Source: Phyllobates terribilis | Lineage: Eukaryota | Assembly: GCF_046119375.1 (NCBI RefSeq) | Contig: NW_027362764.1 | Coordinates: 59,148,001 to 59,212,000, forward strand | Reading direction: 5' to 3' | DNA: 64,000 nucleotides | Part shown: in pieces, positions 1-11,756 of the stretch | How positions within the stretch are numbered: position 1 is the stretch's first letter | How the letters are laid out: the number at the start of each line of letters is the position of its first letter | Translations under genes and position numbers: made by a program | The notes under the pieces: generated by a model | Told to the model about the DNA's origin: nothing | What the model saw: only the letters and a program-made list of their open reading frames with translations | Database searches by the model: none

Positions 1-1525
1 CCGCTCCCGGCAGCAGGAGCCACTGACTGAGGTCACCGGAGTGCATTCAGGCAGCGCAGCTCCGGAGACCTCCTTTACGGCACTGCTGTACCGTGGGAAT
101 TTCTCACGATACAGCAGGGCCGTAAAGGAGCTGACCGGAGCAGCGCTGCCTGAACTCTGGCGAACCCGCTTATGCAGTGACGGGGCTGCTTTACGGCCCC
201 GTCATTCTAGCAGCGGCAGCGGTTCAGAGCGGTCACATTCTATGTGGCCGCTCTGAACTGGAGATCATCGTGGGACACTCGTGGACTACTACTACGGAGG
301 GGTAAGGATAAGGTTGTGGTTTATTATTTTACATTTTATTACAGGAGATCGATGGCTTCGGGGAATTAGGTGTCTAGGTGAGTATAGGTGTAGTTTTTTA
401 TTTTTTACTTTATTTTAGGTGGCGATCGGCGGGGACAGGTAATGTATGAACTAATTTATTGTAGGTAACCACTGGCCACCAATGACATGTATTTAAAATT
501 TATTGGGGACACAGTAGGGCAATTTAAATAGCAGGATCAGGCTGATGGGAACTACTGCTCCCATCGAGCTGATCCTGCTGGCACGAGTGGACGGGGGACA
601 GACATAGGCCGATGGGAGTAGTAGTGTCACATCGGCCTATGTCTGCCTGCACGCACACCCCCCCAGACATCGCACAGACACCGCACACACCCGCAGACAT
701 CGCACAGACACCGCACACATCGCACAGACACCGCACACACCCCCAGACATCGCACAGACACCGCGCACACCCGCACACACTCGCAGACATCGCACAGACA
801 CATCGCACAGACACTGCACACACTCGCAGACACCGCACACACCGCGCACACCCGCACAGACGCCCACACACACCAATCATGACCGGTCTGGGAGGTGAGG
901 CTGACCTGTGCGGCCGTGGGAAAGTTCATGTGAGTTCATGCAATGCAGTCAAGCATGAACTCACATGAACCCTCTGAGGGCACCGCGGCGACTTCAAATG
1001 AACAACTGATCAGCATCACCTGATACCTCAGCTGTTCATTTGAAATAACCGGCGGGAAAGCGCAGCACAGAACGGGAAAGCCGGCGGTGAAGTCTTTTCA
1101 CTGCCGGCTTCCCCGCCCGGATTCTTCGCTCCCCGCTCCTTGGTGCTGCGCTCCCCGCCCGGTCCTAACTTACGATCGGGATGGGAGGTGGCGAGGGGAG
1201 CGGAGGATCGGGGTGGGAGGCTGCGGGGAAGCAGTATGGGGCTGTGTGATTGTTTAAAAGCCGGCGGCTTTTTACCGCCCGCCGGCTTTTAAACAATCAG
1301 GAGAATTCTCCCACGCTGGGATGGCATTCTGATGACAGGCTGGATCTCAGCTGAGCGCTGCCATCCAGCTTGTCATCCTTCAGAGACACTGCAGAGCGCA
1401 GGCATTATGGGAACCTCCGATTCCGGTATTCGATATTGTAAAAGTATCGGAATTAAGTATCGGAATTCCGATACCGCGAATATCGGCCGATACCCGATAT
1501 TTCAGTATCGGAATGCTCAACACTA
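1..1525. mobile_element. Right-hand part of a long non-autonomous DNA element, cut by the window edge
   Basis: Ends in ...gtatcggaatgctcaacacta (1525), the terminus type of the palindromic tagtg[at]tgagcg MITE also seen at 33088-33382. Contains internal hairpins (e.g. 1249-1298) and a CA-rich tandem tract. The left boundary is not visible. Confidence 0.45.
650..875. repeat. CA-rich degenerate tandem repeat (cgcagacatcgcacagacaccgcacacac-like units)
   Basis: Repeated units are directly visible and explain the Cys/Val-rich ORFs at 524-968. Confidence 0.85.
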
Positions 1526-1925
1526 CACATGACTCATTCAGCAGCCAGCAATGTGCAGGAAAACAAACAGTCTTAAAAGAAAAACAATGCAAATCTTCTA
1601 AAAATAAACCCAATTACAAATATTGTTTTTAGCCCAAAATACATTAAAAGAAAAAAAAAAGTACTCATATTCTTTAAGACAGAGCCACATGCATTTACAG
1701 TTTAACTTTTTTTAAAACTTTTTTTGAATGATGGGATTGTGGGATCTATGAGATAGATCTAGCTGGGCGGGTAATGGTGTTGACCCCTTGTTCCTTTTGG
1801 TGGTGGAAGCGCCGGGACACATGCCCATTATAACCTCCTTGGATAAACTTCTCCTTAGCCTATCTTCAAAGTCCCAGAGACCATCATTGTAATGAATAAT
1901 TCTCTATTTAGAAAACCTCTATATA

Positions 1926-3181
1926 TAATGCCTTGAAAAAGTATTCATATCCCGTGAACTTTTCCACATTTTTTCAATTTACATCCACAAACTTACCATA
2001 AATGTATTTTATTTGGATTTTTATCTGATACCAACACAATTAGCAAGTATTTGTAAAGTGTAAAAGAATTGATACATGGTTTTTAAATATTTTAAAAATA
2101 TAAATCTGAAAATTGTGACGTGCATTTATATTCAGCCCCCCTGAGTCAATACTTTGTAGGACCACCTTTCCCTGCAATTACTGCTGCAGTCTTTTGGGGG
2201 TCTGTCTAAACCAGTTTTGCACATCTAGAGGAGACATTTTTGCTCCTTGTTCTTTGCACACTCGGTCTCGCTCAGTGAGATTGGATGTAGACGTCGGTGA
2301 TCAACAATTTTCACGTCTTGTCACAGATTCTCAGTGGGATTTAGGGCTGGACTGTGACTGGGCCATTCACACACATGAATATGCTTTGATCTAAACCCTC
2401 CATTGGAGCTCTGGCTGGATGTTTAAGGTCATTGTCCTCATGGAAGATGAACCTATGCCCAGTCTCAAGTCTTTTGCAGCCTCTAAGAGGTTTAGCTCCA
2501 GGACTGCCCATCCATCTTCCCATCAACTCTGACCAGCCTCCCAGCCCCTGCTGAAGAAAAGCATCTTCACAGTATGATGTTGCCACCACCATGTTTGATG
2601 GTAGGAATGAGGTTTTCAGGGTGATGTGCAGTGTTTGTTTTCTGTCACATATAGCGTTAGATGTTCAGAGCTGGGCTATTTTTTATTATTATTTTTATAT
2701 CCTAACCCGGCTTTACTCTTCTCTACAACTTTATCCCTGACATGTCTGGTGTGTTCTTTGGTTTTCATGATTATATTTGATCCCTAATGTTCTCACACAA
2801 ACCTATGAGGCCTTGACAGAACAGCTGTAGCTATACTTAATAAATTGAGCACACCTGTGTCTGATTTATTCTAATTATTGGCTTCTGGAGGCCATTGGTC
2901 ACTCAGGATCATGTTTAGGGGTATCAGACTACAGGGGGCTAGATATAAATACACCTCACAATTTTCAGATTTATATTTTTTAAATAATAACAAAACCATG
3001 TATCATTTCCTTTACAATTCACAATTAATTGCCACTTGGTGTTGGTATTTCACATTCCTCCTTTTCTCTGAAGAGGCAATTTGCATATGGTATTTCACAT
3101 AAAATCCCAATAAAATTAATTTAGGTTTCTGGGTGTAATGGGGAAAACTTTACTGGGTATGCATACTTTTTCAAGGGACTG
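1926..3181 (-). mobile_element. Internally deleted, decayed Tc1-like transposon (DD34E class)
   Basis: Imperfect TIRs: left taatgccttgaaaaagtattcatatccc, right gggtatgcatactttttcaagggactg followed by TA. Transposase C-terminal remnant on the minus strand. Confidence 0.85.
2146..2650 (-). pseudogene. Tc1 transposase C-terminal fragment (frameshifted)
   Basis: Reads KHGGG-like...FIFHEDNDLKH...(frameshift)...EWPSHSPALNPTENL...KY*. After correcting one 1-nt deletion, 34 residues separate the second D and the E. Confidence 0.8.
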
Positions 3182-3396
3182 TAGATGCACATTATTGTTG
3201 TCACATTAATTAATAAACCTTAAAAGGAGCGGAAGCAAAAGCCTGCGGCAGCCGGGGATCATGTGATGCCTATGAGCGGCCAGCTATAGCGCCACTCACA
3301 GGCAATACATACAACTAAAGGTAATTCCAAAAACACTTATGGGCACATGCTAAATACATTGGGGCATTTGAAAAAAGTACTGGACAACTTATTTAA

Positions 3397-6300
3397 CCCT
3401 TTTACCCCCGAGGGTGGTTTGCACGTTAATGACCGGGCCAATTTTTACAATTCTGACCACTGTCACTTTATGAGGTAATTACTCTGGAACGCTTCAATGG
3501 ATCCCCCTGATTCTGAGATTGTTTTTTCGTGACATATTGTACTTCATGATTGTGGTAAAATTTCTTCGATATCACTTGCGTTTATTTGTGAAAATATTGG
3601 AAATTTGGTGAAAATTTTAAAAATATCGCAATTTTCAAAATTTGAATTTACATGCCCTTAAATCAGAGAGATATGTCATATAAAATAGTTAATAAATAAC
3701 ATTTCCCACATGTCTACTTTACATCAGCACAATTTTAGAACCAAATTTTTTTTGTTAGGAAGTTAAGGGTTAAAAGTTGACCAGCGATTTCTAATTTTTC
3801 CAACAAAATATACAAAACCATTTTTTTAGAGACCACATCACATTTGAAGTCTCTTTGAGAGGTCTTTATGACAGAAAATACCCAGAAGTGACACCATTCT
3901 AAAAACTGCACCCTCAAGGTGATCAAAACCACATACAATAAGTTTATTCAGGTGCTTCACAGGAATTTTTGGAATGTGGAAGAAAAAAAATGAACATTTA
4001 ACTTTTTTTCACAAAAATGTTACTTTAGACCCCAATTTTTTTTGTTTTCGCAAAGGTATCAGGAAAAAATGGACCCAAAAATTTGCTGTGCCATTCCTCC
4101 TGAGCACACCAATACCCAATATGTGGGGGAACACCACTGTTTGGCCACACGGCAGGGTTTGGAAGGGAAGAAGCGCCATTTGACTTTTTGAATGTAAAAT
4201 TTGCTTGAATAATAACCCCCCACAAATTACACCATTTTGTAAACTAGACCCCTCAAGGAACTTTGCTAGATGTGTAGTGAGCACCTTGAACCCCCAAGTT
4301 AATTACATTGAGCCGTAAAAATAAAATTTTCACATTTTTCCCACAAAAATGTTTTTCAGCCTCCAATTTAGCATTTTCACGAGGGTAACAGGAGAAATTG
4401 CCCCATGCAATTTGTTGTGCAATTTCTCCTGAGTATGCTGATACCCCATATGTGGGAGAAAACCACTGTTTGGAGAGCCCCTGATGTGCCTAAACAGTGG
4501 AAACCCCCCACAAGTGACCCCATTTAGGAAACTACACCCCTCAAGGATTTTATTAAGGGGTGTAGTGAACATTTTCAACCCAGAGGTACGACACAGAATT
4601 TGATATCATTAGGTCATCATATTGAATAAGTTGTCATTAGTTTTGAGCGCAAGTGCTCGCTACTTGAGTTTACATCGGGTTCTCGGGTAAGCACCAAGTA
4701 TCGTGGGTGCTCAAGTGACATGCTCGAGTCCCCGCCCAGCATGTTTCACGGTTATTAGACACCCAAAAAAAACATGCGGGAATCGCTTGTGCATTGCAGG
4801 CATTCCCCGCAAGGTTGTTTTGGCTGTATACCAGCTGCAAAACATATGACCCTAGCCCAACCCTAGCACTAGCCCAACCCTAGCCCAACCCTACCCTAAC
4901 CCTAGCCCAACCCTAACCCAACCCTAGCCCAACCCTAACCCATCTCTAGCCCATCCCTAACCCAACCCTAGCTCATCCCTAACCCAACCCTAACCCTAGC
5001 CCAATCCTAACCCTAGCCCAATCCTTACACTAGCCCAATCCTAACCCTAGCCCAATCCTAACCCTAGCCCAATCCTAACCCTAGCCAAACCCTAACCCTA
5101 GCCAAACCCTAACCCTAGCCAAACCCTAACCCTAGCCCAACCCTAAGCCTAGCCCAACCCTAAGCCAACCCTAACCCTAGCCCATTCCTAACCCTAGCCT
5201 AACCCTAGCCCAACCCTAACCCTAGCTCAACCCTAACCCAACCCTAACCCTAGACCATCCCTAGCCCTACCTCAACCCTAACCCTAGCCCATCCCTAGCC
5301 CAACCCTAGCCCATCCCTAACCCTAGCCCAACCCTAACCCTAGCCCAATCCTAACCCTAGCCCAACCCTAACCCTAACCCAACCCTAACCCTAGCACAAC
5401 CCTACCCTAGCCCAACCCTAACCCTAGCCCATCCCTAACCCTAGCCCGTCCCTAACCCTAGCCCGTCCCTAACCCTAGCCCGTCCCTAACCCTAGCCCGT
5501 CCCTAACCCTAGCCCGTCCCTAACCCTAGCCCGTCCCTAACCCTAGCACAACCCTAACCCTAGCACAACCCTAAACCTAGCACAACCCTAAACCTAGCAC
5601 AACCCTAAACCTAGAGTTTATTTTTTACACTGTTCCTCGTGAGATATAAGTGATTAGATGACTTTATTCTCTGGGTGAGATTACAGCAATACCAGATTCA
5701 TATCGGGTTTTTATGATTGGCAGGTGTCACACACTTAAAAAAAAGTTTTTTTGCAAAGACTAGTTTTTGCATCACCATATTTTGAAAGCTATAATTTTTC
5801 CATATTTCGGCCGACAGTCATTATTTTTTTTACCGTGTTCACTAAAGGGGTTAACTAGTGGGACAGTTTTATAGGTCAGGTCATTCCGGACGTGGCAATA
5901 CCAAATGTGTACTTTTATTGTTTTTTGTTTGTTTTTTTCATAATAATATTTATGGGTACGGTATATTTTTATTTTTTTGGGGGATTATTTTTTCTTTTTT
6001 TTAAAAAAAAAAATATATATATATTTTTACAATTTTTTCACTTACTGAATCTTTTTTACTTTTACACTTTGTCCCACTATGGGACTTTCATTTTTTTTTA
6101 ACCCAGATCGCTTGCATAGCATAGAAATGCTACAGTAGCATCTCTATGTTATGTAGGCTGCAGCCCCTGCACACAAGTTAGTTAGATCACGCACTGAGCA
6201 CGATCTACCTAACTTCCAGCTGTCTGGTGACCCGGATGTCGTCATAATGACATCGAGTCACCATGGCAATTACCGGGACCCGGCACAGACAGCGCGGGAC

Positions 6301-6580
6301 GCCGGAAAAGAGGTAAGTAAGCAGCGTTTACCTCCCCTTTGCTCCCGGAATGCTGCAATCGACTTTCGCAGCATTTCGGGGGTTAATGTGCTGGGAGCGG
6401 TGCGGGACCGCACGTGGCACATAGCACCGGGTTTCAGCTGTGACAATCAGCTGACACTCGGCGGCGATCGCCCCACACCGCTTGTGTGCGTGCGCAATCA
6501 CATTGTGCGTAATATTATGCACCTGGTCCAATAGGCCCAAGTCAGTAAGATGTACTATTACTGACAATGTCGGAAAGGGG
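3397..6580 (+). mobile_element. piggyBac-like non-autonomous DNA element
   Basis: TTAA at 3393-3396 and 6581-6584; termini ccctttt... and ...aaagggg. About 1 kb at the left end is homologous in reverse orientation to the right end of the 18818-22438 element. No transposase ORF. Confidence 0.65.
4850..5614 (+). repeat. Degenerate telomere-like array (CCCTAA/CCCTAG; 17-bp unit ccctaaccctagcccaa and variants)
   Basis: Directly visible; lies inside the 3397-6580 element. Confidence 0.9.
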
Positions 6581-6584
6581 TTAA

Positions 6585-6998
6585 GGCTATGTTTACACAT
6601 TGCGTTTTTTTCTGCAGGCAAAACCTACTCTCTTGGCAATAAAGAAGCTGCTTACAAAAAGCTGCGTTTTTTTATTTTTCATTTTTTTTGCTCTGTTTTT
6701 TGGTGCAGTTTATATTTGTCTACAGTACATGTTTAACAAAGTTAGTTTTATTCACCAAAAATGCTGGGTTGCATTTTTTTCCCAGCGTGTTTGCACTTTC
6801 TTATTGCTTTCTACGGTGAAAAAAAAGCTGCAAAAACACTGAAAGAAGTGACATTCCGCAGATTTAAAAAAAAACAAAAAAACAAAAAACAGCAATTTTC
6901 CAATTCAGTCAGCAAGTGTGTGCGTTTAAATTTGCAATGAAAAAAATGCAGCAAAAAAAAAAAAAAATGAAGCAAAAACGCAACGTGTGAACATAGCC
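6585..6998. mobile_element. PIF/Harbinger-type MITE
   Basis: TIRs ggctatgtttacac / gtgtgaacatagcc; TAA on both sides (6582-6584, 6999-7001). Confidence 0.75.
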
Positions 6999-7850
6999 TA
7001 AAGCCTCCGAAACCACTAATACATTTTCAAATTTGTGTATGTTTTCACACGCTTTAATAAAAATATTATACCCCATAGCAGTTGAGTAGCTGAACAGAGG
7101 TGTAACCATAGTAGGGAATGTCCTGGGGTCTGGGGGGACCCAAATGCTACTTTGCCATATAAGAAGACACCAGTATTATAAATGGCATATGGTAGATTTG
7201 GGCCCTGTTTCAGAGTTTGCATTGGGGCTTGGGAGATAATGCCACTAGAGCTTTGAGAAATGAAGAATTTGGATTTTCTCCCAGCTTCTTAGAGGGTCTT
7301 TGGAGATCTCCTTCTGACTCCGAATTTACAGTAACAAGATCCTCTGTAGAGACGTTTCATTTACTTGGCGTATTAGCCCAGGCTGACTGCTAAGTTTATG
7401 CACTTATTCTTTCAATTACAATTTTATCGTTAGCATTTGGCACGCAGTAATCAGCTGGATCATTGCTAATTCTGTGCTTGAAGAGCCCAATGTTATTCAA
7501 CGTGCAGCTGTTCCCATACAGTAGAGAAAGTCACTACTGAACCCAATATGAGCTGCTTCTCCGATGGGTAACTTCTTAAAAGGGAGGAATTTCTGCATAA
7601 TGTATAATGAAACGTTCTGCAAACTCTACAATTTACGGCGCTTCATTTTCTCACCATTTTCTGGATCTCTGCTTGACGTCAATGAAAAGAAACGTTTCCA
7701 CCCAAATGTTGGACTTCAGGCGGTTATGTATTAAACAATATTTGCAAACGCATAAAATTAGATGAGCTCACGGTTTTAGGTATCCACCATCGCATAGGTT
7801 TCGGAGGTCCAGTAAGCCCCTCGGTTCGAGCAAATACATCCAATATAATG

Positions 7851-8072
7851 GCAAAAAAGCTGACGTCTGATAAATCCTTGGCAGCTTTATTACACGTTCA
7901 TTAAAATCAGGTCACAAACAGGACAGTGTTCTGGTGATGACATGTTTCGTTATGATTAAGATTGTTCAAGTCGAAACGCATCAACACCAGAGCACTGTCC
8001 TGCTTGTGACCCGATTTTAATGAACGTGTAATAAAGCTGCCAAGAATTTATCGGAGACGCCGGCTTTTTTGT
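7851..8072. repeat. Inverted repeat, arms about 100 bp with a spacer of about 21 bp
   Basis: 7851-7949 is approximately the reverse complement of 7972-8072 (e.g. ggcagctttattacacgttcattaaaatc / gattttaatgaacgtgtaataaagctgcc). Confidence 0.85.
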
Positions 8073-8074
8073 CG

Positions 8075-8479
8075 TTATATTTGATATGTATTATAGGACA
8101 TATGCTGCGCACCCACCACTCACATGCTGGAGATAAGCTGCCCACGCACCAGTCGCACATTAGATCAGTGCTGCACATGCACCACTCACACGCTGGAAAT
8201 ATGCTGCACATGCACCACTCACACACTGGACATGTGCTGCGCATGCACCACTCACACTGGATATATACTGTTATACTGTACATACAGCACTCACACTGGA
8301 TATATGTGGTGCATGCACCACTCACACTGTATATAAGCTGTGCATGAACTGCTCAAGCTGGAAATTTGCTGCACATGCACCAATCACACACTGTAAATAT
8401 CCTGCGTATGCACAACTTACACTGGATATATGTTGTGCATGTACCACTCACACTGGAAATATGCAGCACATGCACCACT
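8075..8479. repeat. Minisatellite of about 34 bp (tgctgcacatgcaccactcacacactgga), left part
   Basis: Tandem degenerate units that resume at 13401. Confidence 0.8.
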
Positions 8480-9948
8480 TGTGAGTGTGAACTGTGATAG
8501 TAGCAGGAGAGCATTAGGACCCTGTAAGTTTTGCCTGGCTGAGCTCAGAGCAGGGGCAGAGCCGGAGACCCTGTGTGTTCTGAGGGTGTCTGCTGTGTGA
8601 GACGCTGGAAGGAGAGTCTGAGGAGAACTGCAAGGACTGAACTGCAATAAGACTCTCTCTACAAGCTTTCTTGTGGGGGTTGATAACCCGTGGCCCTGGT
8701 GAAGCTGTGTCCCTACTTAAGAACGAGTGCTGAGCTGGGGAAAGCTGTGTGGGTCTTTGGAGTTTTGTGGAAGTCTATGCTGAGTGGACTAGAGACTTTG
8801 TGCTGAATGAGCCAAGTGTCGAGTGAGAGGGAAAGAGACTGAGGAATCCATCTCTGTGATGGAGCACATGGTCGGTGGTCTGGAAAACAGTGAGTGACTG
8901 CGAGAGGAGAGACAGAGTCTGGAGCTATTCACATTGAGAGGATACTGACAAGCCTGGTGAAGAGTTCTTCCCGGACCTTAACCTGAGGCTACAGGACTAA
9001 AGTCCCCGACGTGTGGGCTCAGCATCGGCTGATAAGACAAGGAACCTTTGCTGTTTTTGTGAACATTGCTTTTGTTTGGCGCCAACGTTTTCCGGGACTA
9101 GCTGCAGCCACCGCGATTCACAGGCCTGTGATAGACCACATCTGAGGTTAACGGTACCGTAACTGTAAGATACCCGGGTATCCCTATACTAGGGGAATAA
9201 GGCAATTGGTAAAGTTTCATGCATTGTTAGGCTGCGTGCCCACGTTGCGGATTACAAGCGTTTTTGATGCGTAATTTCCGCAGCGTAAACGCTTGTAAAA
9301 CGCTTGTTAATCCGCACCCCATGGTCCCCAATGAGAATCCGCAAGTTCTATGCCCATGATGCGGATTTTTTCGCAGCGTTTATGCTGAGTTCAAAAATAC
9401 GCAGCATGTTCATTAATTTTGCGTTTCCGCATGCGGAATTGCCTTATTCAATGCATGAAAAAACGCAAGGCAATTCCGCATGTCGAAAACGCGTGAAAAA
9501 TGCGCGATAAACGCACAATAAACGCGTGTGGAATTCCGCATGCGTTTTTCCGGGACAGGACATGCGGAAATGAAGCAGAAATTTTCTGCTTCATTTCCGC
9601 AACGTGGGCACATAGCCTTATTGTTAATAGTGGTAGGATTGTACTCAGTGTGCCATCTCAGGGGTCCCTATAGAACACCCTCAATAGACTGACACTGTGT
9701 TTAGGTAAAATTGTTCCAGATCTCTAGAATAATTCACATAAACTGGAAACCTTGAGATTGGCACATTGATTTCAGCTTTTGCTGATTGTGTGTATTTAGT
9801 AGAGACAGTGTCCCAGGTAGAACCTGAGACTGATTCATGCAATACTGAATTTTAGTCTAATCCCTGTTTTAGTAAAGAAAGTGTTGTTTATTTCTGTCTC
9901 TGTCTCAGTTTGTGACTCACTGGATCTCGCTCGGACCTCCGGTCATTA
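8480..9948 (+). mobile_element. LTR-like segment of an unassigned family, containing a MITE insertion
   Basis: Starts with TG (tgtgag) exactly where the minisatellite breaks; AGTAAA poly(A)-like signal near 9871; no ORF; no second copy in the window. Confidence 0.45.
9230..9617. mobile_element. PIF/Harbinger-type MITE
   Basis: TIRs ggctgcgtgcccacgttgcg / cgcaacgtgggcacatagcc; TTA TSD at 9227-9229 and 9618-9620. Confidence 0.8.
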
Positions 9949-11276
9949 TGTAGCACCCCGAGGGCTCGGCTGCTACAGGGGTATTGCACCTCAAACCAGA
10001 GGTGTGGTATTCCACTCCCGGGTAAGGATGGAGTGTGGACCAGGACTCAGTAGCTGCATGCACCACACACACCCCATTTCCGAGGGACAGCTCAACGGTG
10101 CTCCCACAAGATAGAAGTACAGGCACGACAGCTTCTGTTCCTGGCTGGAGTGGGGAGGGGAAAGTACACCCAGTGGTGTAGGAGCAGATAGGGGTGGGTT
10201 TCTGGGCATAGATAGGAGCCCATTGGTTGCTAGTCACCTGGGCTCACACATAGAGGGAGGTATATAAGGTGGGCACCATCTTAGATCAGTGTTCAGTTCA
10301 GGCAGGAGGAGAAGAGGAGAGGAGCTCAGCCAGAGAGGGCTGACAGGGAGCTGTGGCTCAGTCTGGGCCCAGCTCCAGAGGCAGGCCTGGAGTGGAGGCC
10401 AGAAGCAGCAGAGAGAGAGAGGAGGAGGAACAGAAAGGAAAGTAAGAAAGGAACTGGAACAGAGGAGAAAGGAAGCAAAGAACACAGAGAAAGGCCCAGA
10501 GACACGAAGGCAGAAGGAACCCCATATGCCCAGAGGAGATACTGGGTGAAGGGTTGGCAGAATAGGGTACCGGAACCCAGATTGGTGGAGGCAACAGATT
10601 CCTCAGCCAAAGACCGGAGGTTGTTACCACATCTTGGTGTGACCCCTCACTACATCCACCAGAAAGGTATACCGTATAGGGTCAGGGAAACCGGAGAGAG
10701 GTTTCGCCAATAGAAGGCCCGAGGAAGCTGGACAAAGGTGGGTCCCTGGTGGGGACGGCCAGTAGAAAGGAAGAGAGGGGAGCTCTGAGCCACACTCTGG
10801 AATTGCCTGGGAGTTGACCGAGTCCCTCACCTGGTGGAAGCAGCACGGCTTGGGCAGTCATCGCCTGCAGCATTGACCTGAATAACAACCGTGAGTAAAG
10901 CTTTGGAAACTGCAATTACAAGTCTCTGTGTTTCATCGCCGCACCAGCACCATCAGTACTGGGACACTCACACCATCACTACCACCATCATCCACATTAG
11001 CTGCCCTGAGGCAATACTCCTCCCGTGGGGAGTTATCCCATACTCAGCTGCGCAACCAACACCAGCCTCAGCGGTCGGCAGCGCAGCGGCGGTCCCCACT
11101 GACCGCAATCCACGGGTGGCGTAGTCGGACATTTGTTACAACATTAAGACTGCCACTGGTTTGACCACCCTGGGCACGGACCGGGTCACCGCCACGGAGA
11201 ACTACAACCCCCAGCGATCCGGCTCCGGGTATTCCCCCTGCACAGTAGCTGCAGCACAGGCCCAGGGGGCGCGTCA
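9949..11276 (+). mobile_element. 5' LTR of a tRNA-Ser-primed LTR retroelement (1328 bp)
   Basis: TG...CA ends (tgtagcacccc...gcgcgtca); TATA-like tatataa near 10261; AGTAAA near 10895. The 3' portion is homologous to the solo LTRs at 45823-46831 and 48329-49321. Followed by a PBS. Confidence 0.85.
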
Positions 11277-11280
11277 ACTT

Positions 11281-11298
11281 TGGCGTAGTCGGCAGGAT
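11281..11298 (+). promoter_or_regulatory. Primer-binding site complementary to the 3' end of tRNA-Ser
   Basis: TGGCGTAGTCGGCAGGAT is the reverse complement of ATCCTGCCGACTACG+CCA, the 3' end of vertebrate tRNA-Ser(AGA/TGA type). It lies 4 nt after the LTR end. Confidence 0.9.
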
Positions 11299-11348
11299 CG
11301 TTACCAACCCGCCACAAGCGGGTATTGCGTGCCTGAAGAAAACTGCAC

Positions 11349-11687
11349 ATGTACCTTAAAAAGAAGTCTCCCGCCATTTCCAGAAGTTTCCCGCTGTCCG
11401 GAGTCGTTTCCCGCCATCCGGAGCCGATTCCCGCCATCAGACGCCATTTTGGACCGTTTCCCGCCATCTTCATCCGTTTTTCCCGCCCTGGCAGAGCGGA
11501 CGCCATTATGTGCGCACCAAAGGACAGCAGGAAGCCACCTCCCATCGTGGGCCAGGTCCCAGGGTGGCGCCAAAGAAGGAGCCCGCCCCCACCAGCCATG
11601 AATGCAGCAATGGAGATGTCCATCAACGTGGGGGGGCTGCCCCTGAAGGTGATTGTCAGCAGATGCCCCCAAGACCAACCCCCATGA
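11349..11687 (+). pseudogene. N-terminal part of the retroelement cargo ORF, separated from the 358-aa ORF by one in-frame TGA
   Basis: Same frame as 11757-12833. After TGA (11685-11687) the frame reads GRIGKKTEGLGAAWISLDLLHPE directly into the Met at 11757. Confidence 0.5.
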
Positions 11688-11756
11688 GGGAGGATAGGAA
11701 AGAAAACTGAGGGGCTGGGTGCGGCCTGGATCAGTCTGGACCTGCTGCACCCGGAG

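Noticed and set aside
524-968. Cys/Val- and His/Thr-rich ORFs
   Set aside because: Translations of the CA-rich tandem repeat.
4850-5614. True telomere or chromosome fusion scar
   Set aside because: Degenerate, single orientation with no head-to-head junction, and embedded within a TTAA-flanked element.
11685-11687. Programmed stop-codon readthrough at the TGA
   Set aside because: The context (CCA TGA GGG) is not a known leaky context. A point mutation in a decaying copy is simpler, given two other lesions in the same ORF.
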